This document shows positions 17,501-30,487 of a stretch of 64,000 nucleotides of DNA, one piece after another. Below the pieces are notes generated by a model that was not told the DNA's origin, made no database searches, and worked only from the letters and a program-made list of their open reading frames with translations. The stretch lies in the NCBI GenBank assembly GCA_009914755.4, contig CP086569.2, forward strand, positions 3,712,001-3,776,000, written 5' to 3'. Origin of the DNA: the human T2T-CHM13v2.0 reference genome, Homo sapiens. Numbering within the stretch: position 1 is the stretch's first letter; each line of letters opens with the position of its first letter. Made by a program: the position numbers and the translations under genes.

Positions 17501-19329
17501 TGTAACTACAAGTTAAAGAGGTTAAATTCCAATTTATTTTATTTTATTTATTTATTTTTTTGGTGACCAAGAGGAAAAGGGCTCACATCCTCCACCCAAC
17601 CCATACCCACAGGACAAGCACTGTTTCTCAGGCACATCAGACTGATATTTGGACCCACAGTGCTCTAGATCCAAGTGTCTGGTTTGGGAAAGCTACCATG
17701 CTGTGAGAGGCAACCTAAAAGGACAAGGGACTACTCTCTTGCATAATTTCCAGAGAGTTTTCCCAGGACGAGAAGCAGTTGAATAACAAAAGAGAGGTTC
17801 AGACCTCTCCACAAAGTAACTGAATTTATATAAAACGGTGTGGAGAAGTTCAAATATAAGTATTCCCCAAAATAATAACTCCTCTTAATTATGCAACAGA
17901 AGCTTAACCATAGCCAATACATTCACCCGGGAGAAACAAAGTGAACTAGTTCATCAGATAGAAAGAGATAGCTAAGAAGAGCCCTTGTTGGAAAGAATGT
18001 GTCAAAGTTTGGCCTCAAACACTACCCCTGTCCAAATTTAAGTACAGCAGACTATGGAGCAATTTGTGCCATGACATTGTGAAAAATAATAGAGCAATAA
18101 GCCAGTAAATAGTAGAAACTAAAGGACAGAATGTGAATATCAAATGTAGCAGATGCTTAACAGAGAGATTGAGACAGTAAAAAACGGCCCTAAAAAAACA
18201 CTGTCATTCTCAAATGACTGCACATCCATTTCCAAGTCTATATTCTCTGGGGAGTCACACCATAATTTTCACACAGTGAAGCAAATACACTTCACTAAAA
18301 TAGCTTGTACAAGTCACAAAACAAACAGGCACCAGAGAGTGGGGTGAAAAATCAGTATCTAAAGTTGTTATAATGTATTCTGTAAAATTTTCAGTCTTCT
18401 ACCAAAAATTAAGGGTCACATGAAAAAACATAAATATGTGACCAACATATACACAAAAATGCAGGCAAGAAAAACTGCCTGTGATAATGACCAGTGAGAA
18501 GTCATGTCTAACAAAGAACAAATTCAATATAGCCATTATAATATGTCTAAAGAACTAAAGGAGATAATATTAAAGATGTATAGAGAAATATAAGGCTTTC
18601 AAAAGATAGGAAATATGTTTTTAAATGAACCTTCAGGAGTTAAAAATAACCTAAATGAAAAAAATGTATTGCAGGAGTTTAACAACAGATTTGAAATTGC
18701 AGAAACAAAATCAGATTACTTGAAGACAGATTAATATGGACTATGCAATCTGAAAAACAGAGAGTAAATAGAATACAGACAAATGAATAGAACCCCAGAG
18801 AATTGCAAGATACCTTTTAGCACACTAACATACACATGCTAGAAATGTCAAAAGGAGAAGAGAAACAGAAAGATTAAAAAATATTCAACAGTGTATGGCT
18901 GAAAACTTTTAACATTTGCTGAAAAACATTAATCTACATATCCAAGAAGCTCAACAAAGTCCAAGTGGTATAAATGGAAAGAGATTCACACCAAGACACA
19001 TTTAAATAAAAATAATGAAAAGCCACAGACAGGAAGTTATGAATGCTGCAAGAAAAAAAATTTAAAAATGACTCCCCATATCTTAGAGAAACCCAATAAA
19101 TTGTTAGCAGCTTTCTTTCCCTCGGGGAATGGTGGTGAGTTATCAGTGGAATGACATTTTTACAGTACTAGGAAAGAAAATGCTGAGCAAGAATCTTGCA
19201 TCCAGTAAAATTATCTTTGAAAATGAAAGAGGAATAAAAATACTCACAGACAAAATCTGAGAGGATTCATTGCTAGTACATTTACTTTATAAGAAATACT
19301 GAATGAAGTTCTTTAGGGTGAAAGTGAAA

Positions 19330-19960
19330 CAATGGAAGGTCACTGGTCTTGTTGTCTAAGTTGTAATCTGAGCTCGTGGTCTCACAACCAGAAAATTAAG
19401 AACGTGGACCCAAAGGGTGAGGTTGGAGCAAAAGTTTAACAAGCGAAAGAAGAAAGCTCTCTGCAGCAGAGAGGGGTCCCAGACAGGTTGCTGTTTTACA
19501 GTTGAATCCAAAAGCTTTTATAAGAACCCCCTATCAGCTCTGTAGCCATTTGAGTAACTTCTCCTATCTATCAAATCTTCTTCACAACTCCCCCTTATCT
19601 ATGTAGTTTTCGGTATATCTCTAGACAAGCACAATGCACTACTTCTCTTGTTCGTGTAATTGTGGATTTGTTTTAGGTAAGCCCCCCTTCTCCCTGTGCA
19701 AGTTCCCACAAAGCACACCACGTATATGCATGAAAAGGGAAGCAAATATATATTTTTTTCTGGGAGCTCGCTAATCACACAAAGAACATAAGGGTTCTGT
19801 GCTGCTTATCTATGCAGGTGCAGCCTGAGTTTTCCCCAAGCTGCTCTATTTTTGCCTCTAGCTTCGATTTTTCAGGCAGCCTGCTTCTCTGAGACCAGCC
19901 TTAACTGTTTACCTAATTGACCTTTTCTTCTCCCTCAAAAGAAAATAAGCATGGACATAA
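19330..19960 (-). mobile_element. LTR-like insertion inside the L1 (possibly ERV1 MER4-like, minus orientation)
   Basis: The reverse complement contains ...gtgagaccacgagc...ttcttaattttctggttgtgagacc... resembling MER4-group LTR motifs. It interrupts otherwise L1-like text. Confidence 0.3.
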
Positions 19961-21343
19961 AAAATTATCAGCATTGTTAAAGGTAATTTTGTAATTACAA
20001 AAGACAATATATACATAGATTGTTTACTTCTATTCACTGGTTTAATTAGCAATTGCATAAAACAATATGTATATAATTATATATTTTGGCCTGTTAAATA
20101 TAGAAATAGAATGTATTTGACAATGAGACCAGTAACCAATAGCATACAGATGGCAGGAGGAAGCAAAATTGTATTGGATTAAGAAAGTTAAACTACGTGC
20201 TACTTGAAACCTTATGCACAAATGAAATAAAAATTAATAATAAACAAAAAATTAATATTACAATGTCTGTAATTATACAATTGTTTTCTCAGCTTCTTTA
20301 ATAAATATAAAATTATGTAAATAATGATTATAATAATGAATTTTTGTGTTTGTAAGTTATATGGATATAATGTGTGTAACAATAATAGCAAATAAAAGGG
20401 AATTAGATAGAGCTATATTATAGTAATATTTCTATATATCCATGGAATTAAGTTAGTTTAAATCTGAGGCAGGTTATGATAAATTAAGATGCATATAATA
20501 CACCCTAGAGCAACCATAAAGATAATGAAATAGAATTTAAAAAATTTAAAAAATTAAAGTAATTAACATGTTACATTAAAAAATATTTACTTTATACAAA
20601 ATAAATAAATATGAAATACAGAAACAAAAAAAGACATGAAACATATACAATACAAAAAGTAGAATGAAAGATGTAAATTTGACTATAACAATAAGAAGAG
20701 TAAATGTGAATGGAGGAAACAATCCTGTCAAGTTGCATGGATTGTCAGACTAAATCTAAAAACAAGATACAACTATATACAATCTACAGGAGAAACATTT
20801 TAGATTCAGACATACAAATAGGTGAAAGTAAAAGAGAAACGAATGGTATATTATGCAAAGAGTAACCTTAAGAAAGTTGGAGTGAATATTACAATGTCAG
20901 ATAAAAAAGTAAAACAGAAAGTGTGACATGTTATAATGATAAAAGGGTCAGTCCATTTGGAAGTTATAACAATAATCAACATTTAAGCACCCGACAACAG
21001 AATCCCAAAATACATGAAACAAAAGCTGATAGAATTGGGGGGAAATCAAGGCAATTTAATTATAATAGTTGGAGAATTTACTATCACCACTCTCAGTCAT
21101 GGGAAGAGAAACTAGTCAGAAGATTAAAAATGAAATAGAAGTCTTGAATCATATACACAAACTAGACCTAAGAGATTTCTGCAAAGAATTGTTTATAGAC
21201 TCCAACAACAGCAGAATACAAATTCCTGGGGCATCAGAATATACATTTTTCCTAAGTGCAAATGGAGCATTCACTATAATAGAACACGTATCATCAAAAC
21301 TTAAAAATATGGAAGAATTAAAACCATAAAAAGTATCATCTCT

Positions 21344-21641
21344 GGCCGGGTATGGTGGCTCACACCTGTAATCCCAGCACTTTGGGAGGCTGAGGCAGGT
21401 GGATCATGAATTCAGGGGTTTGAGATCAGCCTGGCCAACATGGTGAAACCCTGTCTCTACTAAAAATATAAACATTTGCCAGATGTGGTGGCATGCACCA
21501 GTAGTCCCAGCTACTCAGGAGGCTGAGTCAGGAGAATCGCTTGAACCCAGGAGGCAGAGGTTGCAGTGAGCCTAGACTGTGCTATTGCACTCCAGCCTGG
21601 GTGACAGAGCAAGACTCCATCTCAGAAAAAAAAAAAAAAAA
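21344..21641 (+). mobile_element. AluS-type element nested in L1 ORF2, with a 16-nt poly-A
   Basis: ggccgggtatggtggctcacacctgtaatcccagcactttgggaggctgaggcaggtggatcatgaattcaggggtttgagatcagcctggccaacatggtgaaaccctgtctctactaaaaatat... ending at poly-A 21626-21641. Short flanking repeat atctct. Confidence 0.95.
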
Positions 21642-22389
21642 TCTCTGATCACAATGAAAAGAAGTTGCACATAAATAAGAGAAAAGAAATGGAAAATTAC
21701 AATTAAGTAAAAGTATAAAACACATTACTAAATAATCAATGGCTCAAAAAAGAAATTATAAGGGAAATAAAAAATCTAGGATTTGATAGCACAACAAGAT
21801 GACTACAGTCAAAAATAATTTATTGTACTTTTAAAATAACTAAAATAGTATAATTGGATTGTTTGTAACTCAAAGAAAGAAAAAATGCTTCAGGTGATGG
21901 ATACCTCATTTACTTTGATGTGATTATTACACATTATATGTCTGTTTTAAAATATCTCATGTACCTCATAAATATATATATCCACTATGTACCCAAAGGA
22001 TTAAAAATTTAAAAAAGTTAAAAAATACTTTGAGATAAATAAAAATAAAATACATACAAAAATGTATGGATGCAGCTACAGCAGTACATAGAGGAAAATT
22101 TATAACTGCAAAATACCTGTCTAAAAAGGAATAAAATTTTCAAATAAATGATTTAACCATTCACTCTGAAACACTAGAAAAATAAGAGAAAAGTAAAACC
22201 AAAGTAAGCAAAAGAAAGGAAACAATAAGGAATAAAGTACAAATGAGTAAAATAGAAAATAAAAAAATAGGGAAATATTAATAAAACAAAAAGTTTATTC
22301 TTCTAAATGATCACTTGAACCAAAAAAATCTTCAGGTCAATTGACCAAGAATAAAAGAGAGTAGACTCAATTTACTAAAATAAGAAATA

Positions 22390-22535
22390 GGCCACAGGTG
22401 GTGGCTTATGCCTATAATCCCAGAAATTTGGTAGGCCAAGGTGGGAAGATTGCTTGAGGCCAGGAGTTTGTGGCCAGCCTGGGCAAGAGAGTGAGACCCC
22501 TTCTTCACAATAAATAAATAAATGAATGAATAAGT
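22390..22535 (+). mobile_element. Free left Alu monomer (FLAM-like) with A-rich tail
   Basis: ggccacaggtggtggcttatgcctataatcccagaaatttggtaggccaaggtgggaagattgcttgaggccaggagtttgtggccagcctgggcaagagagtgagacccc ttcttcacaataaataaataaat. Confidence 0.8.
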
Positions 22536-22933
22536 ATTTAAAAATAAAATAGGAAATATGAAGTATTAATATTACTACTAGCCTTATATAAATAAAAGGA
22601 ATTATAGAGTTACTATGAATAACTGTATGACAACAAACCAAATAACTTAGATCAAATGAACACAATTTTAGAAAGATCCAAACTAGTAAACTCAAGACCT
22701 AAACAGAATATCAGAATATTCCAATCCATAGTACAAAGTTTGAATTAGTAACAAAAAAAACCTTTTATATAAAAAAGTCCAGCCATACTTGTATTTGCTA
22801 TTGAATTATACCAAAGATTTAAAGAAGTAATATTAATTCTTCACAATGTCTTTCAAACAAATAGAATAGTAGAGACTCTTTGCAACTGTTTTTATGAGGC
22901 CATTATTAACCTATTACCAAACCAGACAAAGAC

Positions 22934-23043
22934 ATCATAAATAAATAAAACTACATACTCATATTGCTTATAAAACCAGATGTAGGTATCATAAATAAAT
23001 AAAACTACATACTCATATTGCTTATAAAACCAGATATAGATAT
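22934..23043 (+). repeat. Two tandem copies of a roughly 55-bp segment inside the L1 ORF2 remnant
   Basis: cataaataaataaaactacatactcatattgcttataaaaccagat[g/a]tag[g/a]tat occurs twice in succession. ORF 22892..23080 translates the duplication. Confidence 0.9.
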
Positions 23044-23499
23044 CCTCAACAAAATACTGGCAAATTGAGTTCATCAACATTTATAAAAGATGATACACCA
23101 TTATCAAGTAGGATTTATCCCAGGAATAGATGGTTGATTTAATATCTCACAATTAATTTACACAATGTACCATATTAATACAATAAAAGAAAGCAAACAC
23201 AAAATCACCTCAATAAAAACAGAAAAATCATTTAACAATATTTAACATCCGTTTGTAATAAAACCCCCAATAGCTAGGAAGAGAAAGAAACTTCCTGAAC
23301 CCGATAAAGGATATATGAAAGGTTCACAGCTAGAATTATACTTAATGGTGAAAAACTAAATGATTTCCCCATAAGATCAAGAAAAGGTAAGAATAACAAT
23401 ATATTCTTTCACCACTTCTATTCATTATTGTACTGGAGGCTTAACCCATGACAATTGGGCAAGAAAATAAAATTTAAATTATCCAGTTTGAAGGAATGA

Positions 23500-25250
23500 G
23501 CTAGGAGAGTAAAAGTAATGCAGCAGGAATTGCATCATGGGCATTTGTGCCATTTCCTCATGCAACTTGTTGGTGCCTTCAGGAAATTCATGAGCCCAAT
23601 GTCCTATATGGTATTTCCATTTAAGGGAGTGCTGCTGTGCATGCCCAAATGTATGGCTTTGTGGATCAGACACTCAGGTAATAATGGGCAGCTTAGATCT
23701 CAGGATAATTTGGGGGCTCATATTTGAGCTTTAATCTGTACTTAAGCCTTGTAGCAAGCTGAAATCTTGTTCTTAAAAAGGGAAGAGTTATTGGCAGAGA
23801 AGGGCAAGACTTTGCTTCAAAATCCTAAAGGACCTCACTGTAATTCACCTATAGGGATCTGCCAAAGCCTCCAAACAGCATCTTTCTCTGCCTCTGATAA
23901 TTAAAGCATAATTGAATATTTCAGATGGATCGTATGGCCTAAGTGACAAAACAGCTTTCACATCAACTGTTGCAGAGCTTTCTCTTGTTCTGGTCCCACT
24001 CAAAACTAGCAGCTTTTGAGTAGTACACCCAAATTAGAAATATGTTTTCTCTAAAATCAAAAGAGTCCCATTAGACATTATTACTTATTTTAGGTTTTAG
24101 GAGCGATTGAAGAAAACAATGTATTCTCCACCTTAGAAGGGATATCTCAACATGGCTCACACTATTGAACTCCTAAAAGTTTCTCCGACCTGAGATGTCA
24201 TTGGATTTTTGTTGGATGTATTTTCCACTATCTACCACTCAAACGTTTAATGACAACTTTAGAGTGGCTACTAGGTCTTGTTGACTAGGTCCAATCAGCA
24301 TGATGTCATCAATGTAATGGATCATTGTGATAGCTTATGAAAAGGTGATGTAAATCAAGGTCTGTTTTGACTAAATGATAGGAGTGCAGAGTTTCTATGC
24401 TCCTGAGGCAGAATAATAAAGGTTGCTTCACCAACTCAAGCTGCTTTTGTAAGCCTTTTTTAATAGATATTGAGAAAAACTCATTTACCATATCAATATT
24501 CACATACCAGCTAGAAGAAATATGTTCATTTTCTCAAGCAATTAAACCACATCTGGAACAGTAAAGAGTTGAGTCACTATCTGGTTATGTTTATTATAAT
24601 CTGCTTTCATTCTTCATGATCCATTTACTTTCTATCCAGGACAAATAGGAGAGTTGAATGAAGATATCATAAGAATCACCATGCCTGAATCTTTTAAGTC
24701 CTTGATGATGGGATTAATCTCTGCATTTACTTCAGGAATGCAGTACTGCTTCATGTTCACTATTGTCCTACATACAGACAGTTTTAATGACTTCTATTTG
24801 ACATTTTCTTCCATAGTAGCCCTTACTCCACAGGTCAGAATATCAATGTGGGCATTCTGTTAGGTACTGAGGATGTCTATTCCTATTGTTCATTTTGAGA
24901 AATAAACCATAGAATGGGTTTGAGCACCCACTATACCCACTGTGAGATGGACCTGGGCTAAAACCTCATTACTCACCTGACTCCACAAGCCCTTACTCTG
25001 ACTGGTGGAGCACAGTGACAATTTGCATCTTGTGGAATTAGTGTGACTGTAGAGCCAGTGTCCAGTAGTCACCAAAAAGTCTGTTTACTTATTTTTTCCA
25101 ATACACAATCACCCTAGTAAGAGGGTTATTTGGTTGGTCAGCTGAAACATAGACCAATAAGTTGGTAAATTACTAGAGCCCTTTCTAAGCCCTTGGGCTA
25201 CAACATTGAGTATAGAATCTCTATTATGGGCTAATATTAATAAATTCAAC
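23500..25250 (-). mobile_element. Endogenous retrovirus internal region (pol remnant with reverse-transcriptase YIDD motif), degraded
   Basis: The reverse complement of 24299-24325 (catgatgtcatcaatgtaatggatcat) translates to M I H Y I D D I M, the RT active-site motif. Surrounding minus-strand frames give retroviral-like text broken by stops. Confidence 0.6.
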
Positions 25251-25254
25251 CTGA

Positions 25255-25440
25255 ACCAATTTTATATTCCTGCCGCAATTTTATAAATTTAATTGAATTT
25301 ATAATTTATAAATTTATATTAATATGTAAAATTATATATAATTTAAAATTAATATAATTTAACCATTTATATAATACATAGATGTATTACTTAGTTTATA
25401 ATTTAAAAATTATAATTTTGCAGATTTAATTTACAATATT
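25255..25440. repeat. AT-rich low-complexity block (ttataaatttata-type)
   Basis: Direct reading: tttataaatttaattgaatttataatttataaatttatattaatatgtaaaattatatataatttaaaattaatataattt... Confidence 0.8.
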
Positions 25441-26059
25441 ATATTTCTACACCTTTTCTATACAATTTCTTGAGATTTCTGTGTATTCATTGAAAAAAAT
25501 CTTGCAGTTGTTTTGAAGTGTAGTGCTTCTCCTAGTGCTCCACACTTTGGACCTCACTCTTTAGGACCTGTTAGAACTTGAACATACTTCTAATTCCAGA
25601 AGACACAAATAAAGGTGCTGTGTGTAGGTTTTGAATAAGTAAATATATATTTATTTATTTACTTGAAGTAATTATCCCACATGATTGTGGTGGCTCACAA
25701 GGGTAAAATCCACAGGGCAGGCCAACAGGTTGGAAACTCTTGGATTTTTTAGTCTTGAGGTACAATTTATTCTTCAGAGATATCTCAGTTTTGCTTATAA
25801 GGTATTTCCACTGATTGGATGATATCTACCCACATTATAGAGAAAAATATCCTTTACTTAAATTCAGGTGATTGTGGATGATAACCATGTCTATAAAATT
25901 CATTCATAGCAATCCCCGGATTAGCATTTGATTGAAAAGCCTAGCTAAGTTGATATGTAAGACAAACCGTAAAAGCATACAAAAACTTTTACTCAAATGT
26001 TCAATGAAGCATTAATAATAGCCCAAAATTATAAACAACTTATTATCCACTAATGAATT

Positions 26060-26480
26060 AAGGTGTAAATAAAATGTGGTATATTCATACAATGGAATAT
26101 TATTCAAGCATAAAAATGAATGGACTGCTGATACATATTACAATAAGGATAAACCTTGACAACACTATACTAATTGAAAGAAAGCAGTTGCAAAGGATCA
26201 CCTATTGTATGGTAATATTTATATGTAATGTTCATAATAGCCAAACCTATGGAGACAGAAAGTAGATTAGTGATTGCTTAGGACTGGGGAGGATGGGAGA
26301 ATTAATAAGTGATGGCTAAGAGGTAAGGGGTCTTTTTTGTGGGTAATAAAATGTTCATATTTTAAAATTGTGGTGTTGTATACACAACACACTAAAAGCT
26401 ATTGAATTTGACACTTTCAATAGGTAAATTTTATGGTAAATAAACATATCTCAATAAAGTTGTTAATAATGAAAGAACAG
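26060..26480 (+). mobile_element. L1 3' end fragment (ORF2 C-terminal tail plus 3' UTR), older subfamily
   Basis: ...atggaatattattcaagcataaaaatgaatggactgctgatacatattacaataaggataaaccttgacaacactatactaattgaaagaaagcagttgcaaagg...ggactggggaggatgggagaattaataagtgatgg...gtaaattttatggtaaataaacatatctcaataaagttgtt matches the L1 3'-terminal consensus pattern. Confidence 0.8.
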
Positions 26481-28249
26481 TGTGACACAGCTAACAAATA
26501 TAAACTATTAAATTTAGTTAATAATAATGTATCAAAATTGGTTCATCTCTTGTAGAATATTCACAATACTAAAGGTGTTAATAATGGAAAGGACTCTGTA
26601 AAGTTAAGCAAGAATTCTTTGTGCCATCTCAAATTTTCTGTAAATCTAAAGCTGTTCTAAAAATAAAGTAGATTAAAATAAATGCAACATTCAAATATAA
26701 ATATAACTATGGATGACGTGAGATACTGACAGACTAATTCATTGATTTTTTTTAAGATTGGAAAATAGTCTTATGGTTTAACTTTCACTTAAGAATTTCC
26801 CATGATAATTTTAAAAAAAAGCTTTTGGTTTTACCTAAGTTTCATTTAATGTCTGTCTCTTTTTTGTTGTTGGAATAGCTAGGGATATGTAAGTAAGAAT
26901 TGACAGGGTAGAGAGCCAACAAGTAGGACTTTTCATTTATTTAGGGTTAAGAGTCTCTGCAGATTTCTCAAGGTTGGAATCAGGTAATACTGGAGTCCTC
27001 CTAAAGTGAGCAAGTTAGATGAACAATAGGACAGGTAAGGTTTTAATCATGTTGAGCATCTGGGAGTCAGCAACAATGGAATAGCAGCTAGGAGGGCAAA
27101 TCTAGCTCTCAGAGTCATTCCCATCAAGGGACATCAAAATGTAAATAAATAAATAGCATAGATATGCCCTAATATACAGTAGTGGTTCAACCATATGGAA
27201 GATAATTTCAACATGGAGGTTGAAATGGATCCCAAAGCAATGCAAATTCCAAGGCATATGATCAAGAAATTGAAAATTTTTTGACAGAAAGAGCAAAGAA
27301 AGAAGATTTGGTTTCCAAGCTTATTCATAGGAAAAAAATCTAGGCATGAATTTTCTGCTTAAGTTTCAAGAGTGTTATAGAATTTATGTATACCAAGATT
27401 GAATTCCAACATAGTAAAGATAGTATCTGAAGAACAGCCCTAGAAGTTAGTCAAAGCCAAAATTTAATATCCAGTAAAGAAACAGAAGTTTGTGAAAAGT
27501 GAATACTAGCAATTGCTAAGATAACTCATTCATTTTTAGAACTTTGCCTTTAACTTCTTTGTAATCAATTCCCAAATCTAATTATACTTTAAACCACTCA
27601 CTTGATGTTATATCTAACTGCTTATTGGACATTTTTCTTTGACTGTTAAATGCTTTATCTATGTCTCTTGAGATAATTATATGGCTTCCCTTATTTAGTT
27701 CCTTATTGGTGAAATAAACTGAGTGCTTTTCAAATATTAAACCTTCACTAATATTATATTACTTCATGCATAGTACAAACAATTTATAAGTGTACTTCAA
27801 TTTTTCCCCTCCTGACCCTACAATATATTGCTCCTATGTCTTCTTGCTTGTATTTTCTTTCTTGACCACAAATCTGTTGTTATCCCTATCTTTGTCCCTT
27901 TGTATGTAATGTGTTATTTTTTTGTTGTTGTTATGGCTGCCTTTAATCTTTTTAATTTATCGCTCTATTTTAGCAATTTGATTATGATGTAGCCTTCTGG
28001 CATTCATGAATCATGTGGTAGGAAAACTTTCAGGATGGTCCCCAATGATCCTGCCTCCTGGTGTTCATGTCTTTGTATAATATTGACAATGAACTGAAGC
28101 TAGTAACTCATGTGTGAGAAATTGAATATGGCAACACTAATGGGATGTCAATTTTGAGATGAGGTTTCAAGAATACTGTGGTTTTTGCCTTTAGCACTTT
28201 TCTCTCTTATCATCTCACTCATTTACTCATTTGCTCTGAATGAAGTCAA

Positions 28250-29290
28250 CTGCCATTGAAATGGGAGAGTTCCCGGTCCCCCCTTGCAGGATGTGTGACA
28301 CGGGTGTGGCTTGTCTCTTTGGCTACCATGCATTCAAACCCCTTACATTAGTGGAAACACATGGATGGGCAAGTACAAAAACTGGGGCAAGCACTTTTGG
28401 GCTCAAGCCCCATGGTAGTGTCTAGGGATGGATGCCTGCCACTCTCAAAGCCCCAGTAGGCATGTTGCAGTACTCTTTTAGCTCTGCCTTCCACAGATGG
28501 CTTAAGTGTTCACCAGTTCAGTGCCCTCTTGGTACCCAGGTTCTTGTCCAGTGTCCAGGAAAAATCAGGTCACATGGACAAATTGAAGGATGGCAAATGC
28601 AGGGTATTTTATTGACAGATGGAGGTGGCTCTCAGCAGGATGGATAGGTAGCTGGAAAGGGGATGGAGTGAGATGATTTTCCCCTGAAGTTTGACCATCC
28701 CACAGCTGATCTCTCCAACTATCTCCAGCCGAACTTCTCTGGATGTTCAGATGTTCCTTCTCTTCTCTCTTTCTCTGCCATGCCATTCTGCCACTCTTCT
28801 GCTCAGCTGCTCTTCTGCTCGTGGAGCCTGGGGTTTGGGGTTTATATAGGTACAAGACAGGGGGGCATAGCAGGCCAAAAGGAAACATATGGGTGCAAAA
28901 ATAGGAATGCTTGTTTCCATGTAGGGCCACAGGTTTCCAGGCTTGAGGGTGGGGCCTTTGCTGGGGAACTGCCCTCTTCTACCCAGTATTTTCCTGCTTC
29001 CTGTCCATATCACCAGGTTGTGGCTCTATGAAAAACCACATGGAGCTGATGTTTTAAGCCAGCAAGCAGCAGTGACCTGAGGCCTGCCAATAGCCACGTG
29101 AGTGAGCTTGTGAGAGGAACCATTCTCATTCAAACTTTGATATTACTGAATTCCCTGATGACACTTTCATTGCAACCTTATGAGAAACCCTGAGTCAGAG
29201 TCATCAAACTAAGCTACACCTGAAATTCTAATTCACAGAAACTGAGATAGTAAATGTTTTTTAATTTGCTATGCTTAGGAGTAATTTGTT
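28250..29290 (+). mobile_element. MaLR LTR-like element (MLT1-type)
   Basis: The 3' part ...gcctgccaatagccacgtgagtgagcttg...cattgcaaccttatgagaaaccctgagtcagagtcatcaaactaagctacacctgaaattctaattcacagaaactgagatagtaaatgttttttaatttgctatgcttaggagtaatttgttatgcagcaacacataactaa parallels the remembered consensus ...caaccacgtgagtgagcttggaagcgga...gattgcagcctcgtgagagaccctgagccagaggacccagctaagccgtgcccggattcctgacccacagaaactgtgagataataaatgtgtgttgttttaagccgctaagtttgtggtaatttgttacgcagcaatag. Confidence 0.55.
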
Positions 29291-29619
29291 ATGCAGCAAC
29301 ACATAACTAAGTTACCTTGGCATAATGTAATAACTTCATGTTTCTTTTGCTTGATGTTAACTCCCTGAATTGGTAGTTTTAGAATTTTCTTTCAGTTTGG
29401 AAAGTTTTCAGCCATTATATTTCAAATATTTTTTTCCTCTAATCCTTTTCTGCTCTTCTCTGAGAATTCCAATTACACATATATTAAGACACTTGAAATT
29501 ACAGTACAGTTCACTGGTTCTCTGCTTTTTTTTTTTTAATCTCTATTATATGCTGGAAAGTTTCTACTGCTATATCTTTAAGTTCATGGATCTCTTATAC
29601 TGCAATGACTGATTTTCTG

Positions 29620-29995
29620 TTGTCGTAGTAAATTCAGGCTGCTATAAAAAATACCATATACTAGGTGGCTTGTGAAGAAACAGAAATTTATTTCTCCCAG
29701 TTCTGAAGGCTGAGAATCTGAGATCAGAGCACCAGCATGGTCAGGTTCTGGTGAGGTTCCTCTTTTGGGTTGCAGGGAGCCACTTTCTTATAATATCCTC
29801 ACATGATAGAGAGAGAGTGAGCTATCCCTTTGGCCTCTTGTTTTTAAGAACACTACTCCCATTTCTGAGGGCTCCATCCTCATGACCTAATTGCCTTCCA
29901 AAGTCTCCACCTTCAAATACCATCATACCGGGGATTAGATTTTAACATATGAATGTGAGTGGGGACACAAACATTCAGTCCTCAACAGCTGCCCA
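29620..29995 (+). mobile_element. MaLR LTR (MST/THE/MLT-type)
   Basis: aaaaaataccatatactaggtggcttgtgaagaaacagaaatttatttctcccagttctgaaggctgagaatctgagatcagagcaccagcatggtcaggttctggtgagg...ctccatcctcatgacctaattgccttccaaagtctccaccttcaaataccatcataccggggattagattttaacatatgaatgtgagtggggacacaaacattcagtcc. Confidence 0.75.
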
Positions 29996-30002
29996 TTCTA
30001 TT

Positions 30003-30487
<485 letters not shown>

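Larger units (their letters stand above)
17700..23480 (+). mobile_element. Old L1 (L1M/L1P class) with ORF1 remnant (about 18400-19100), inter-ORF region and ORF2 remnant (about 20680-23480). It carries nested insertions: an LTR-like block 19330-19960, an Alu at 21344-21641 and a FLAM at 22390-22535.
   Basis: ORF1-like translation ...ELKEIILKMYREIKAFKR... appears in 18540-18600. ORF2 endonuclease start ...RRVNVNGGNNPVKLHGLSD.IKKQDTTIY.LQEKHFRFRHTNR... appears near 20690. ORF2 text ...KIHKLDLRDFCKELFIDSNNSRIQIPGASEYTFF... is found in 21140-21270, and ...EIESVIKNLPTKK.. style text in 22600-22800. Confidence 0.8.
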
